Below are positions 29,800-38,072 of a DNA stretch of 64,000 bases, piece after piece (position 1 is the first letter of the stretch; each line of letters starts with the position of its first letter). Origin of the DNA: a bacterium (GTDB lineage Bacteria > UBA8248); NCBI GenBank assembly GCA_965219955.1, contig OZ244799.1, positions 3,200,001 through 3,264,000 on the forward strand, in the 5' to 3' direction. Below the pieces are notes generated by a model, which ran no database searches, was not told the origin of the DNA, and was given only the letters and a program-made list of their open reading frames with translations. Made by a program: the position numbers and the translations under genes.

Positions 29800-30590
29800 A
29801 TTGAGGCGACGCTTGTACAAGACCAATCTTCGTGGCCCTTATCGTAGGTTTCTCGCGCAATCTCTCCCACTCGTCGTTTCTGCTCACTGCTCAGGAGTGC
29901 AAATGGTTTCTGGGCTGCCTGACCGAATATGAACAATGACGGATCACCCATTATCTCGTACCATCTGGCACAAACCGGGTAGGGACGTCTTCTTCGCTCC
30001 CCGTCCTTCGTCCTTTTGAACTCATGAATCGTCCGCCAGCCGTTCAATGCCGGAAATTCGATACGCTCCATGTGTTTCCGCGCGACGCTCAGCAGTACCA
30101 TTTGCGGTTTCAAAACCTTCAGCAACTGGTGCCATATGAGGCCGCCTTTTTCTTGCAATGCACTACACTCCGATTCTCCAAGGTCTTTCCACGTCGGATC
30201 TGTGGCAACGGGCGAAGCAATGTCCGTATGCAACGCAGTCGATGGTTTGCCGGGATAGTAACTGGCCTCCGCTCCACCAAGAACGGTATCGTAGAAACCA
30301 AACCAATTATAGGGATCCTCGCGGAAGTAGGAACACAAACCATCCAGGTAGCGCTCGCCATCGGCAGCCGTGATTTCCCCGCACTCGGGAAACCGCTTGA
30401 ATCGTGAATCTTCAGGAAATTCTTTCCGTGAAGGATTCAGTCCGACCGTCACCACTCGAAACGGCGACGCAAAATACGCATCGAGATCGCCGAAGAACAA
30501 AATCGGCACGGAGGGACGGACGCGGGAATCGGCGCATTCGTACGCCTTCCACGCCTCTTCCACCACCGAAATCAAACCGGCGCATTTCAC
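29790..30590 (-). CDS. Hypothetical protein, uracil-DNA glycosylase superfamily-like
   Basis: PILFFGD...RVVTVGLNPS resembles UDG-fold motif A, followed by HTDI and LKPQMVLLS. GTG start at 30590 after GAGGGG. Visibly lower GC than its neighbours. Confidence 0.6.
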   Translation of the reverse strand: MKCAGLISVVEEAWKAYECADSRVRPSVPILFFGDLDAYFASPFRVVTVGLNPSRKEFPEDSRFKRFPECGEITAADGERYLDGLCSYFREDPYNWFGFYDTVLGGAEASYYPGKPSTALHTDIASPVATDPTWKDLGESECSALQEKGGLIWHQLLKVLKPQMVLLSVARKHMERIEFPALNGWRTIHEFKRTKDGERRRRPYPVCARWYEIMGDPSLFIFGQAAQKPFALLSSEQKRRVGEIARETYDKGHEDWSCTSVASMGS

Positions 30591-30605
30591 AATCGAACCC
30601 CCTCG

Positions 30606-30681
30606 TAGTTGTTGAAAAAGCCCTCGGAGGGCGGTCCCCCTCCCAATCCCCCTTGTCGGGGGGGGGGCTTTTTCAACAACC
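30606..30681. repeat. Minimal TIR-bounded repeat unit
   Basis: GTTGTTGAAAAAGCCC ... GGGCTTTTTCAACAAC, enclosing a single CCCCCTTGTCGGGGG module. Confidence 0.85.
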
Positions 30682-30709
30682 TCCTTCTCGGGAAACTTGA
30701 TACCCCCCA

Positions 30710-31588
30710 TCACTCCCCGAAGAAATACTTCACGCCGAACATCACCGACCAGTGGTTCATTCCGCCGATCGTGGTGAAGTTGGAAATGCCGGCGACCGGG
30801 TGGAAGTCGTAGCCGCCTTTGACGTCCTCCATGTCGCCCACCATGGCGTAGGAGAGCTTGAGGCCAAGCTGCACCTTCTCGCTCATGTTGTAGTCGAGGC
30901 CGGCGTGCAGATGCGCGGACAAGACGGTGTCGGTCAAGTCCTCGTACTGGCGGCTGTTGTACTGCTCCGGCATCTCGCAGTCCGCCGCGGGGTTCCTGCA
31001 CGAGTACCACGACTGAAAATACACGCCCGAGAGTTCGACGAAGGAAACGCCCGCGCCCGCACCCAGGTAGGGCGTGAAGCGGCTGCCCGCGATGGAGAAG
31101 TCGTAATAGGCGTTCAGCGAGAGGGTGCGCGTCGTCAGTTCGTCGACGCCGCCCGAGCTTCTGCTCTCGTAGTTGCTGTCCTGGGCGGGCATGCTGCGGG
31201 AGCCGTCCAGATAGGTGATGTCCTTGAATTTCTGTTCGAGGTCGTTCTTGCGCTGGGCCAGCGCCAGTTCCAGGCGGAATGCGCCCACCGTGCGGCCGAC
31301 CGAAATCTCGAACGCGGCGCCGTCGTCCGCATCCAGATCGTAGGACCACCGGTAGCCTTCCGGCGCGCCGCCTGCGAGGTGGCTACAGTCGTCTTCGGGG
31401 TAGCAGATGTTGTCGCGGTTGTGGCCCGCCTGTTCGACCCCCGTGGTCTTGTTGATCCCGAGGCTCGCGCCCACGTACCAGCCGGTGGGCTTCGCCTCCT
31501 GGGCGTCGCTCGCTCCCGCCGTGCTCAAGAATGCGCATACCGCCAGCGCCGCCGTGATGACACACTGTTTCTTTGATAAAAATCGCAT
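30710..31588 (-). CDS. Outer-membrane beta-barrel protein (opacity/OmpA-like 8-stranded family)
   Basis: Signal peptide; GWYVGASLG, FRLELAL, LNAYYDF, FTPYLGAGAG, AGLDY, FGVKYFF; GGAGGAG RBS. Confidence 0.85.
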   Translation of the reverse strand: MRFLSKKQCVITAALAVCAFLSTAGASDAQEAKPTGWYVGASLGINKTTGVEQAGHNRDNICYPEDDCSHLAGGAPEGYRWSYDLDADDGAAFEISVGRTVGAFRLELALAQRKNDLEQKFKDITYLDGSRSMPAQDSNYESRSSGGVDELTTRTLSLNAYYDFSIAGSRFTPYLGAGAGVSFVELSGVYFQSWYSCRNPAADCEMPEQYNSRQYEDLTDTVLSAHLHAGLDYNMSEKVQLGLKLSYAMVGDMEDVKGGYDFHPVAGISNFTTIGGMNHWSVMFGVKYFFGE

Positions 31589-31667
31589 TTTCTCCTCCAC
31601 TCGACGATTCGATGATTCGACGCGGAAACCTGAATGGGCGAATCTTCGGCGCGCGGCCACGGCGCGT

Positions 31668-31873
31668 CAGAAAACCAACCCCCCCTACCCCCCCTTGTCA
31701 GGGGGGCAAGAAAAAGCAAAACCCCCCTCAACCCGGCAAAGGCGCATCGCCTTTTTATACCCCCCTGTCAAGGGGGGGTAGGGGGGGTTGCCTTTTCAGT
31801 CAAGAGAGGTGTCTCCTCCTCTCCGGTTGACTCCCTGCACCGAACCACTGTGTCGAGACTTTTCCACCGCCCC
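31668..31873. repeat. Composite repeat (CCCCCTTGTCAGGGGG pair)
   Basis: CCCCCCTACCCCCCTTGTCAGGGGGGCAAGAAAAAGCAAAACCCC...GGCGCATCGCCTTTT; near-identical to 5690-5790 and to the reverse complement of 13455-13570. Confidence 0.88.
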
Positions 31874-31878
31874 GTGCG

Positions 31879-32742
31879 TCAGTCCCGATCACCCGCCTGC
31901 CGCTCGATTCTCACCTCGGTTTCGAGCTTCGAGCCGCCGTTTCCGCGGAACACGCCCCGGCTCGGGGGCACGTCGGCGTAGTCGCGGCCCACCGCCACGC
32001 GGACGTGGCGCTCGTCTCCCTCGGTGTTGTTCGTCGGGTCGAACCCTCTCCACCCCACGCCAGGAAACCAGCATTCCACCCAGGCGTGGCTCTCGCCCGT
32101 GGCCTCTCCTTCTGCTTCGGGCCCCAGATAGCCCGACACGTAGCGGCACGGAACCCCCCAGCCGCGCACGATGGAGGCCATCACGTGCGCGTAGTCCTGG
32201 CAGACCCCCCGCCCGGTTTCGAGGATGTGCTCGATGGGCGAATCCACCCGGGTGTGGCCCGGAATGTACTCGAAGACATCGTGGAGTTTGGCGCAAAGCT
32301 CGCGCGCGCTCACGAGGGGGTCGTCCCCCGGAGCGATGCCGTGCGCCGCCACGAACGCATTTAGCGCGGGACTCGGGCGAACGAAGCGGCTCGGTTGCGC
32401 CATAGGGTAAAGCCCGGGCGTGCGGACGGCGCTCAGAAGCGCCTCCCATGCGCCCGGCTCGAGCCCCTCGGGAGCGGATGCCAGGGGGCCCACCTCCACG
32501 CGCGATTGCGCCCTGACTTCAAAGCGCGCATGCGGGCGGGAACGATCCAGAAAGTGCGCGGTGTTGCCGAACGGGTCGGTGAACTCGAAGAGCCGGCCTT
32601 CAGGATCGGTGCGCACCGAGAACTCGCACAAGGTCTGGGCGCGGTCGCGGAGCGGACACAGGTAGAGCGTCATCACCGACGCCTGCACGGGCTCCGCGTA
32701 ATCGAAGCGCATGGCGTGCTCGACCCTGTAGTTCACTATCAC
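31879..32742 (-). CDS. Transglutaminase-like protein with Bact_transglu_N domain
   Basis: YRVEHAMRFDY, DPFGN, GVCQDYAH, RYVSGYL, SHAWVE, FDPTNN, GRDYADVPP; GTGA overlap with the alpha-E gene. Confidence 0.92.
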   Translation of the reverse strand: MIVNYRVEHAMRFDYAEPVQASVMTLYLCPLRDRAQTLCEFSVRTDPEGRLFEFTDPFGNTAHFLDRSRPHARFEVRAQSRVEVGPLASAPEGLEPGAWEALLSAVRTPGLYPMAQPSRFVRPSPALNAFVAAHGIAPGDDPLVSARELCAKLHDVFEYIPGHTRVDSPIEHILETGRGVCQDYAHVMASIVRGWGVPCRYVSGYLGPEAEGEATGESHAWVECWFPGVGWRGFDPTNNTEGDERHVRVAVGRDYADVPPSRGVFRGNGGSKLETEVRIERQAGDRD

Positions 32743-33713
32743 GCCGTAATCTCCTCGGCCAGGGAGCGGTTGACGTAGGCCGCCATCACGAGGTCGTGGA
32801 GCGCGCGGGTGTCGTTTCCTATCGCGCGGCAGAACGCGCCCGAATCCACCTCCGCCGAGCCCGCCGCATCCATCTCGATGGCCGCCGTGAGGCGAAGCGC
32901 CATCCGGTGCGGCGGCTCGAGCGGGTAGCGCGCGCCGAGCGGGTCGATGCCGGCGAGCGCCTCCTCGATCCGCTGCGCCGAGAAGCGAAGCGAGCGGGGA
33001 AGTTCGGGGTTGCGGGCGAGAAAGCCGAGCACGTCCTCCCGCCGGACCTTCATCGAGTGGCGGCGGCAGTAGATTTCGTACGCGCGGCACACGTGAAGCA
33101 AATCCGCCCAGGAGAGAGCGGCGACGCCCCATCTCGCGTTCGTGAACTCCACCCAGGCCTCCAGGAGCGCGGCCTGGTGCTGCGCCCGCTCGATGAAGCG
33201 GCCCAGTTCGAGAAAGCGCCAGGCGTCGTCGCGCGGCATCGTCGAGTGCACGACGCCCGCGAAAAGCCGCATGCGGTCGATGATATCGAGCGCGAGCCGC
33301 GCCGGGGCCTGCTCCCATTCCCTGGAGAAATTCACCTCCCGCATCCAGAGATAGCCCTGGTTCAGGCGCGTCCATATCGAGAGCGGAAGCTGCGCCCGCA
33401 CGCGCTGGCCGTTCTCGCGCGCCTGACGCCAGCACGAGAGGATGGAGTCGGGATGCGCGCCTTCCTCCACGAGGTTGCCCGCGAGCGTGTAGGCGTCGGG
33501 GATGACATACGCCTCCGCTTCTTCAGCGCCCGAAACCGCTCCGGGCGGGGGCTGGCCCAGCGCCCGGTAGATCGCCGCCCACCCCACGGCCAGTTCATCG
33601 ACGGAGCGATCGACGAGGCGGTTGAGCTGGTATTCGAGAAGACGCGCCGTCTGCTCGACGCGCTCGACGTAGCGGCCCATCCAGTAGAAATCGGCAGCGA
33701 CCCGAGCCAGCAT
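32739..33713 (-). CDS. Alpha-E domain protein (DUF403)
   Basis: MLARVAADFYWMGRYVERVEQTARLL, ARENG..VR, LGRFIERA, PRSLRF. Confidence 0.92.
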   Translation of the reverse strand: MLARVAADFYWMGRYVERVEQTARLLEYQLNRLVDRSVDELAVGWAAIYRALGQPPPGAVSGAEEAEAYVIPDAYTLAGNLVEEGAHPDSILSCWRQARENGQRVRAQLPLSIWTRLNQGYLWMREVNFSREWEQAPARLALDIIDRMRLFAGVVHSTMPRDDAWRFLELGRFIERAQHQAALLEAWVEFTNARWGVAALSWADLLHVCRAYEIYCRRHSMKVRREDVLGFLARNPELPRSLRFSAQRIEEALAGIDPLGARYPLEPPHRMALRLTAAIEMDAAGSAEVDSGAFCRAIGNDTRALHDLVMAAYVNRSLAEEITA

Positions 33714-33745
33714 GATTCTCTCTCCTTTACGACCCGATGATGCCC

Positions 33746-34170
33746 GTAGGGGAGGACCCGTGTGTCCTCCCGGTTTCCGTTTTCGCCGTCATTCCGGGAC
33801 AACCGAGCCGTTGGACTGTAGGGGTCGCATATATGCGACCCTGATTTTTTAACCCACTACATGGGCCGCATGTATGCGGCCCCTACAAAAACCGCCTCTC
33901 ACCGGTCGCGTAAAGCCCTCTTCATCAGGGCTTTTTCAACAACCCCGAAGAGGGGAAGGAATCCCGATCATCGAATTGTTCACCGTAGGGACAGGCCTCC
34001 GTGCCTGTCCTAACGAAGGACAACCACGGAGGGTTGTCCCTACAAAACCATCACGAAGGTTGTTCAACATCCCCTTATGCGACCCCTACACCTGGGTTGA
34101 CAATCAAAACAACATGCAGCGGGAGGACGCGCAGGTCCTCCCCTACCCTCTCATCGGAACCAACCCCTAC
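33746..34170. repeat. Nested GTAG-type REP doublets
   Basis: Outer pair GTAGGGGAGGAC (33746) / GTCCTCCCCTAC (34146) encloses inner doublets 33818-33886 and 33985-34043, plus TTTTTCAACAACCCC. Confidence 0.9.
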
Positions 34171-35648
34171 GAATCCTCCAGCACCCAGAGGTCCTTGCAG
34201 CCGCCGCCCTGGCTCGAGTTCACCACGAGGCTGCCGCGCCGGAGCGCGACGCGGCACAACCCGCCCGGGACCACGTGCTGCTCCTCGCGCCCCTGGAGCA
34301 CGAAGGGGCGCAGGTCCACGTGGCGCGGCTCGATGCCCCCCTCGACGAAGCACGGCGAGCGCGAGAGCGCGAGCGTGGGCTGGGCGATGAAGTTCGCCGG
34401 GTCCGCGCGCAGCCGCCCGGCATATTCCGCGCGCTCTGCCGCGGTGGCGTGGGGGCCGACCAGCATCCCGTAGCCGCCCGAGCCGCCGACTTCCTTCACC
34501 ACCAGTTCATCAAGATGCTCCAGCGTGTAGGCCAGCCCCTCGGGCTCGCGGCAAAGGTGCGTCTCGACGTTGGAGAGTATCGGCTCCTCGCCCAGGAAAT
34601 AGCGGATGATCCCCGGAACGTAGGCGTAGATGCTCTTGTCGTCCGCCACCCCGGTTCCCGGCGCGTTGGCGAGCACGAGGTTCCCCGCGCGGTAGGCGTG
34701 GAAAAGACCCGCCGCGCCCAGGGCCGAGTCGCTCCGGAACGTGAGGGGATCGAGAAAATCATCGTCCACGCGGCGGTAGAGCACGTCTATCCGCCGAAGC
34801 CCCGCCGTCGTGCGCGCGTAGAGGGCGGCGTCGCGGACGATCAGGTCCTGCCCCTCCACGAGGTCGACGCCCATCTCGCCGGCGAGAAAGGCGTGTTCGT
34901 AGTAGGCGGAGTTGAAGATTCCGGGCGTGAGCACCGCCACGTTCGGCTCCCTCGACGAGTGGCCCAGGGAGACGAGTGTGGAATAGAGATGCTCCGCGTA
35001 GTCGGCCACCTCGCGCACCCGGTGCTCGCGGTAGAGCCTGGGCAGCACGTCCTTGATGGCGTTCCGGCAGGCGAGCATGTAGGAGACGCCCGAGGGAACG
35101 CGCAGGTTGTCCTCCAGGACGGCAAACCCCTCGTGGGTGCGGACGATGTCGGTCCCGCACACGGCGACGTAAACGTCGTGGGGGACTTTCAGGCCGCGCA
35201 TCTCCATGCGGTATTGCGGACAGCCGAGCACGAGGTCGACGGGAACGAGCTTATCGCGCAGGCAGCGGCCCTCGCCGTAGACGTCTTTCAGGAACAGGTT
35301 GAGCGCGGCGAGACGCTGCTTGAGGCCGCGTTCGATGTGGTCCCACTCCGATGCCGTCAGCAGCCTGGGCACGCAGTCGATGGGGATGATCCGCTCGGTG
35401 GCCTCCTCCGCGTCGAGCACCGTGAAGGTGATGCCCTCGTAGAGAAAGCGGCGGTAGACGCCCTCCTGGAGTTTTTCCAGATCCTCAGGCGTCAGTTCGG
35501 TGAGCGCGGTTTTCAGGCGCTCGCACGAGCCGCGCGGACTGCCCTCCGAGTCGAACATCTCGTCATAAAAGTTCGAATCCAGATCGTATCCCGCGAATGG
35601 TCCCTCACCCTTCATCGAGGCGAGCGATCCATCGGCACCTTCGTTCAT
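34167..35648 (-). CDS. Circularly permuted type 2 ATP-grasp protein (DUF404/407)
   Basis: YDEMFD, GITFTV, VLEDNLRVPSGVSY, LTPGIFNSAYYEH, YRRVDDDFLDP, HVDLRPF, VVNSSQGGGCKDLWVL. Start uncertain (35648 or 35615). Confidence 0.93.
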   Translation of the reverse strand: MNEGADGSLASMKGEGPFAGYDLDSNFYDEMFDSEGSPRGSCERLKTALTELTPEDLEKLQEGVYRRFLYEGITFTVLDAEEATERIIPIDCVPRLLTASEWDHIERGLKQRLAALNLFLKDVYGEGRCLRDKLVPVDLVLGCPQYRMEMRGLKVPHDVYVAVCGTDIVRTHEGFAVLEDNLRVPSGVSYMLACRNAIKDVLPRLYREHRVREVADYAEHLYSTLVSLGHSSREPNVAVLTPGIFNSAYYEHAFLAGEMGVDLVEGQDLIVRDAALYARTTAGLRRIDVLYRRVDDDFLDPLTFRSDSALGAAGLFHAYRAGNLVLANAPGTGVADDKSIYAYVPGIIRYFLGEEPILSNVETHLCREPEGLAYTLEHLDELVVKEVGGSGGYGMLVGPHATAAERAEYAGRLRADPANFIAQPTLALSRSPCFVEGGIEPRHVDLRPFVLQGREEQHVVPGGLCRVALRRGSLVVNSSQGGGCKDLWVLEDS

Positions 35649-35916
35649 TCGCCGCTCCAGGTATCGAGTATGTGTGGATTCTTCAGTCGCGAACAGGTTA
35701 ACCGCGATTCGGGCTTGGTTCAAGTTTCAAGTTCGAGACGGATCAGGGGCCGGGAAATTTGCGGTTGCGCCGGAATGGCGCTTGGCATAGTATATTTCGT
35801 TGCATCACAACGCATTACGAATGAGTCTTGAAGGATGGTTGTCCCCTGGTTTTCGGTCGGCGAGCCGGCCGCTCATGATGTGGGCATAAAACAACTCTCA
35901 TAAAAAGGAGAATCGC

Positions 35917-37032
35917 ATGAAACGTCGTGACTTTATGACCGGCGCCGCGGCCGGGACCGCCGCTGCGGTCGTAACGGGCACCGGACTGGCCCAGGCCCAG
36001 AAGGCGCCCGCCATGATGAAGAAGCGCATCGAGATCGCCATCGTCACCACCTGGCCGCGCGACTTCCCGGGTCTCGGCACCGGGGCGCAGCGCTTCGCCA
36101 AACGGCTCCAGGACATGAGCGACGGCCGCATCCAGGTGAGCTACTTCGCCGCAGGCGAGCGCGTCGGCGCCTTCGACTCGTTCGACGAGGTGGCTTCGGG
36201 CAACGCGCAGGGCTATCACGCGGCCGACTACTACTGGAAGGGCAAGCATCCGGGATGGGCCTACTTCACGGCGGTGCCGTTCGGCCTCACCTACACCGAG
36301 TTCAACGCCTGGATCCGCTTCGGCGGAGGACAGCAGCTCTGGGACGAACTAGCCGCGGGGTTCGGGCTCAAGGGCGTCATGTGCGGGAACACGGGCGTTC
36401 AGATGGGCGGCTGGTTCCGCAAGGAGATCAACAGCCCCGACGACCTGAAGGGCCTCAAGATGCGTATTCCGGGCCTCGGCGGCGACGTCATGGCGAAGCT
36501 CGGCGCCTCGCCGGTATCCCTGCCGGGCGGGCAGATCTACGAGAACCTCGTCTCGGGCGCCATCGACGCCACCGAATGGGTGGGGCCGTGGAACGACGAA
36601 TTCATGAAGTTCTATGAAGCCGCCAAGTACTACTACTACCCGGGCATGCACGAGCCAGGCTCGATGCTCGCCGCGGGCTTCAACAAGAAGTTCTGGGATT
36701 CGCTCTCGAAGGCCGATCAGACGATGATCGAGGCCGCGGCCGCCATGGAGAACGACGTGATGATGGCCGAGTACAACGCCAAGAACGGCGCTGCGCTGGC
36801 GCGGCTCACGCAAGACCAGGGCGTCCAGGTGCGCAAGTTCAACGACGACATCTACGACGCGTTCGGGAAAGCGGCCGAGGAAGTCTTCGCGGGGGTTGTG
36901 ACCCACAGCCCGCTCGCCAAGCGCATCCATGAGAGCTTCGACAAGGCGCGCCGTGAGATCGGCGCCTGGTCGAATCTCGCCGACCAGGCGTTCGTTGCGC
37001 AGCGCAACCGCGTGCTGGGCGTTTCAAGCTAG
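35917..37032 (+). CDS. dctP: TRAP transporter substrate-binding protein (TakP-like) with Tat signal
   Basis: KRRDFM Tat motif; YYWKGK, GNTGVQMGGWF, KMRIPGLGG, EWVGPWND. Confidence 0.93.
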   Translation: MKRRDFMTGAAAGTAAAVVTGTGLAQAQKAPAMMKKRIEIAIVTTWPRDFPGLGTGAQRFAKRLQDMSDGRIQVSYFAAGERVGAFDSFDEVASGNAQGYHAADYYWKGKHPGWAYFTAVPFGLTYTEFNAWIRFGGGQQLWDELAAGFGLKGVMCGNTGVQMGGWFRKEINSPDDLKGLKMRIPGLGGDVMAKLGASPVSLPGGQIYENLVSGAIDATEWVGPWNDEFMKFYEAAKYYYYPGMHEPGSMLAAGFNKKFWDSLSKADQTMIEAAAAMENDVMMAEYNAKNGAALARLTQDQGVQVRKFNDDIYDAFGKAAEEVFAGVVTHSPLAKRIHESFDKARREIGAWSNLADQAFVAQRNRVLGVSS

Positions 37033-37074
37033 ACGTCCGGCGCATAGCGTGACGGACCGCTACGGTTTTCCACG

Positions 37075-38070
37075 GTGACGGAAGCTCAGCAGGACACGGA
37101 CGAAAGACGGCCCGGCATCGCGGACGCGCTCTACCGCGCGTTCGCGCTGTCGGTGGCCGCGACGACCTTCGTTTTCCTCTTCAACAACTACCTGGTCTTC
37201 TGGCATGGCTGGCCGGGCGTCGCGCGCATCTTCTCCGGCGGGGGGGCGGCGTTCCTGGCGTGGCTTCAACTCGCAGCCTACGGCATCCCGGTCGCCGCCA
37301 TCACCGTCTTCGCGCTCAGGAACCGGGAGAGGCCGTTCGCGTCCGACGCGGCGCTTCTCAGTTCCGTCACCGCCTACATCATCGCCGCGGCCTTCTGGTC
37401 GACGTTCTTCATCGGGGTCGTCGACGGCGTCATATCGTTCCTGCGCGTGGAAGGCCTCCTGCCTGCGGTGTTCGGCAAGAAGCTGGCCCAGCAGCTTGGC
37501 GTGTCGAGTTTCCGCGGCGTCTACGTGCATCTGCCCCTGATGCTCGCGGCGGTGGTGGTGGCGTGCTTCAAGCGGGGGCTCGACTTCATCTGGCTCGCGC
37601 TGCTCGTGGTCGTCGCCGAGTTCCAGATCGTCATCGCGCGCTTCATCTTCTCCTACGAGCAGGCTTTCATGGGCGATCTGGTGCGTTTCTGGTACGCGGC
37701 GCTGTTCCTGTTCGCCAGCGCCCATACCCTGGTCGCCGGGGGCCACGTGCGCGTGGACGTGCTGTATACGCATTTCACCGACCGGCGCAAGGCCCTGGTC
37801 AACGCGTGGGGCTCCATACTGCTGGGCGTGCCGCTGTGCTGGACCATCCTCGCCGTCGGCATGGCGGGCAAGGCGTCCGTCATCAACAGCCCGCTGCTTT
37901 ACTTCGAAACCTCCCAGAGCGGGTACGGCCTCTACGTCAAGTACCTGATGGCGGGTTTCCTCGCCGTCTACGCCGTTTCCATGATGACGCAGTTTCTGGC
38001 GTACTACCTTGACGCCATGGCGGTTCTTCGCGGGCAGTCGCCCAGCCAGCCCACGCACGAGCCGGCCTGA
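37075..38070 (+). CDS. dctQ: TRAP transporter small permease
   Basis: HVRVDVLY motif; multi-TM; lies between dctP and dctM. Confidence 0.9.
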   Translation: MTEAQQDTDERRPGIADALYRAFALSVAATTFVFLFNNYLVFWHGWPGVARIFSGGGAAFLAWLQLAAYGIPVAAITVFALRNRERPFASDAALLSSVTAYIIAAAFWSTFFIGVVDGVISFLRVEGLLPAVFGKKLAQQLGVSSFRGVYVHLPLMLAAVVVACFKRGLDFIWLALLVVVAEFQIVIARFIFSYEQAFMGDLVRFWYAALFLFASAHTLVAGGHVRVDVLYTHFTDRRKALVNAWGSILLGVPLCWTILAVGMAGKASVINSPLLYFETSQSGYGLYVKYLMAGFLAVYAVSMMTQFLAYYLDAMAVLRGQSPSQPTHEPA

Positions 38071-38072
38071 AC

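Noticed and set aside
29790-31349. 519-aa ORF from the track
   Set aside because: Its N-terminal half is an alternative frame of the beta-barrel gene plus a repeat unit. Only 29790-30590 looks like a real gene.
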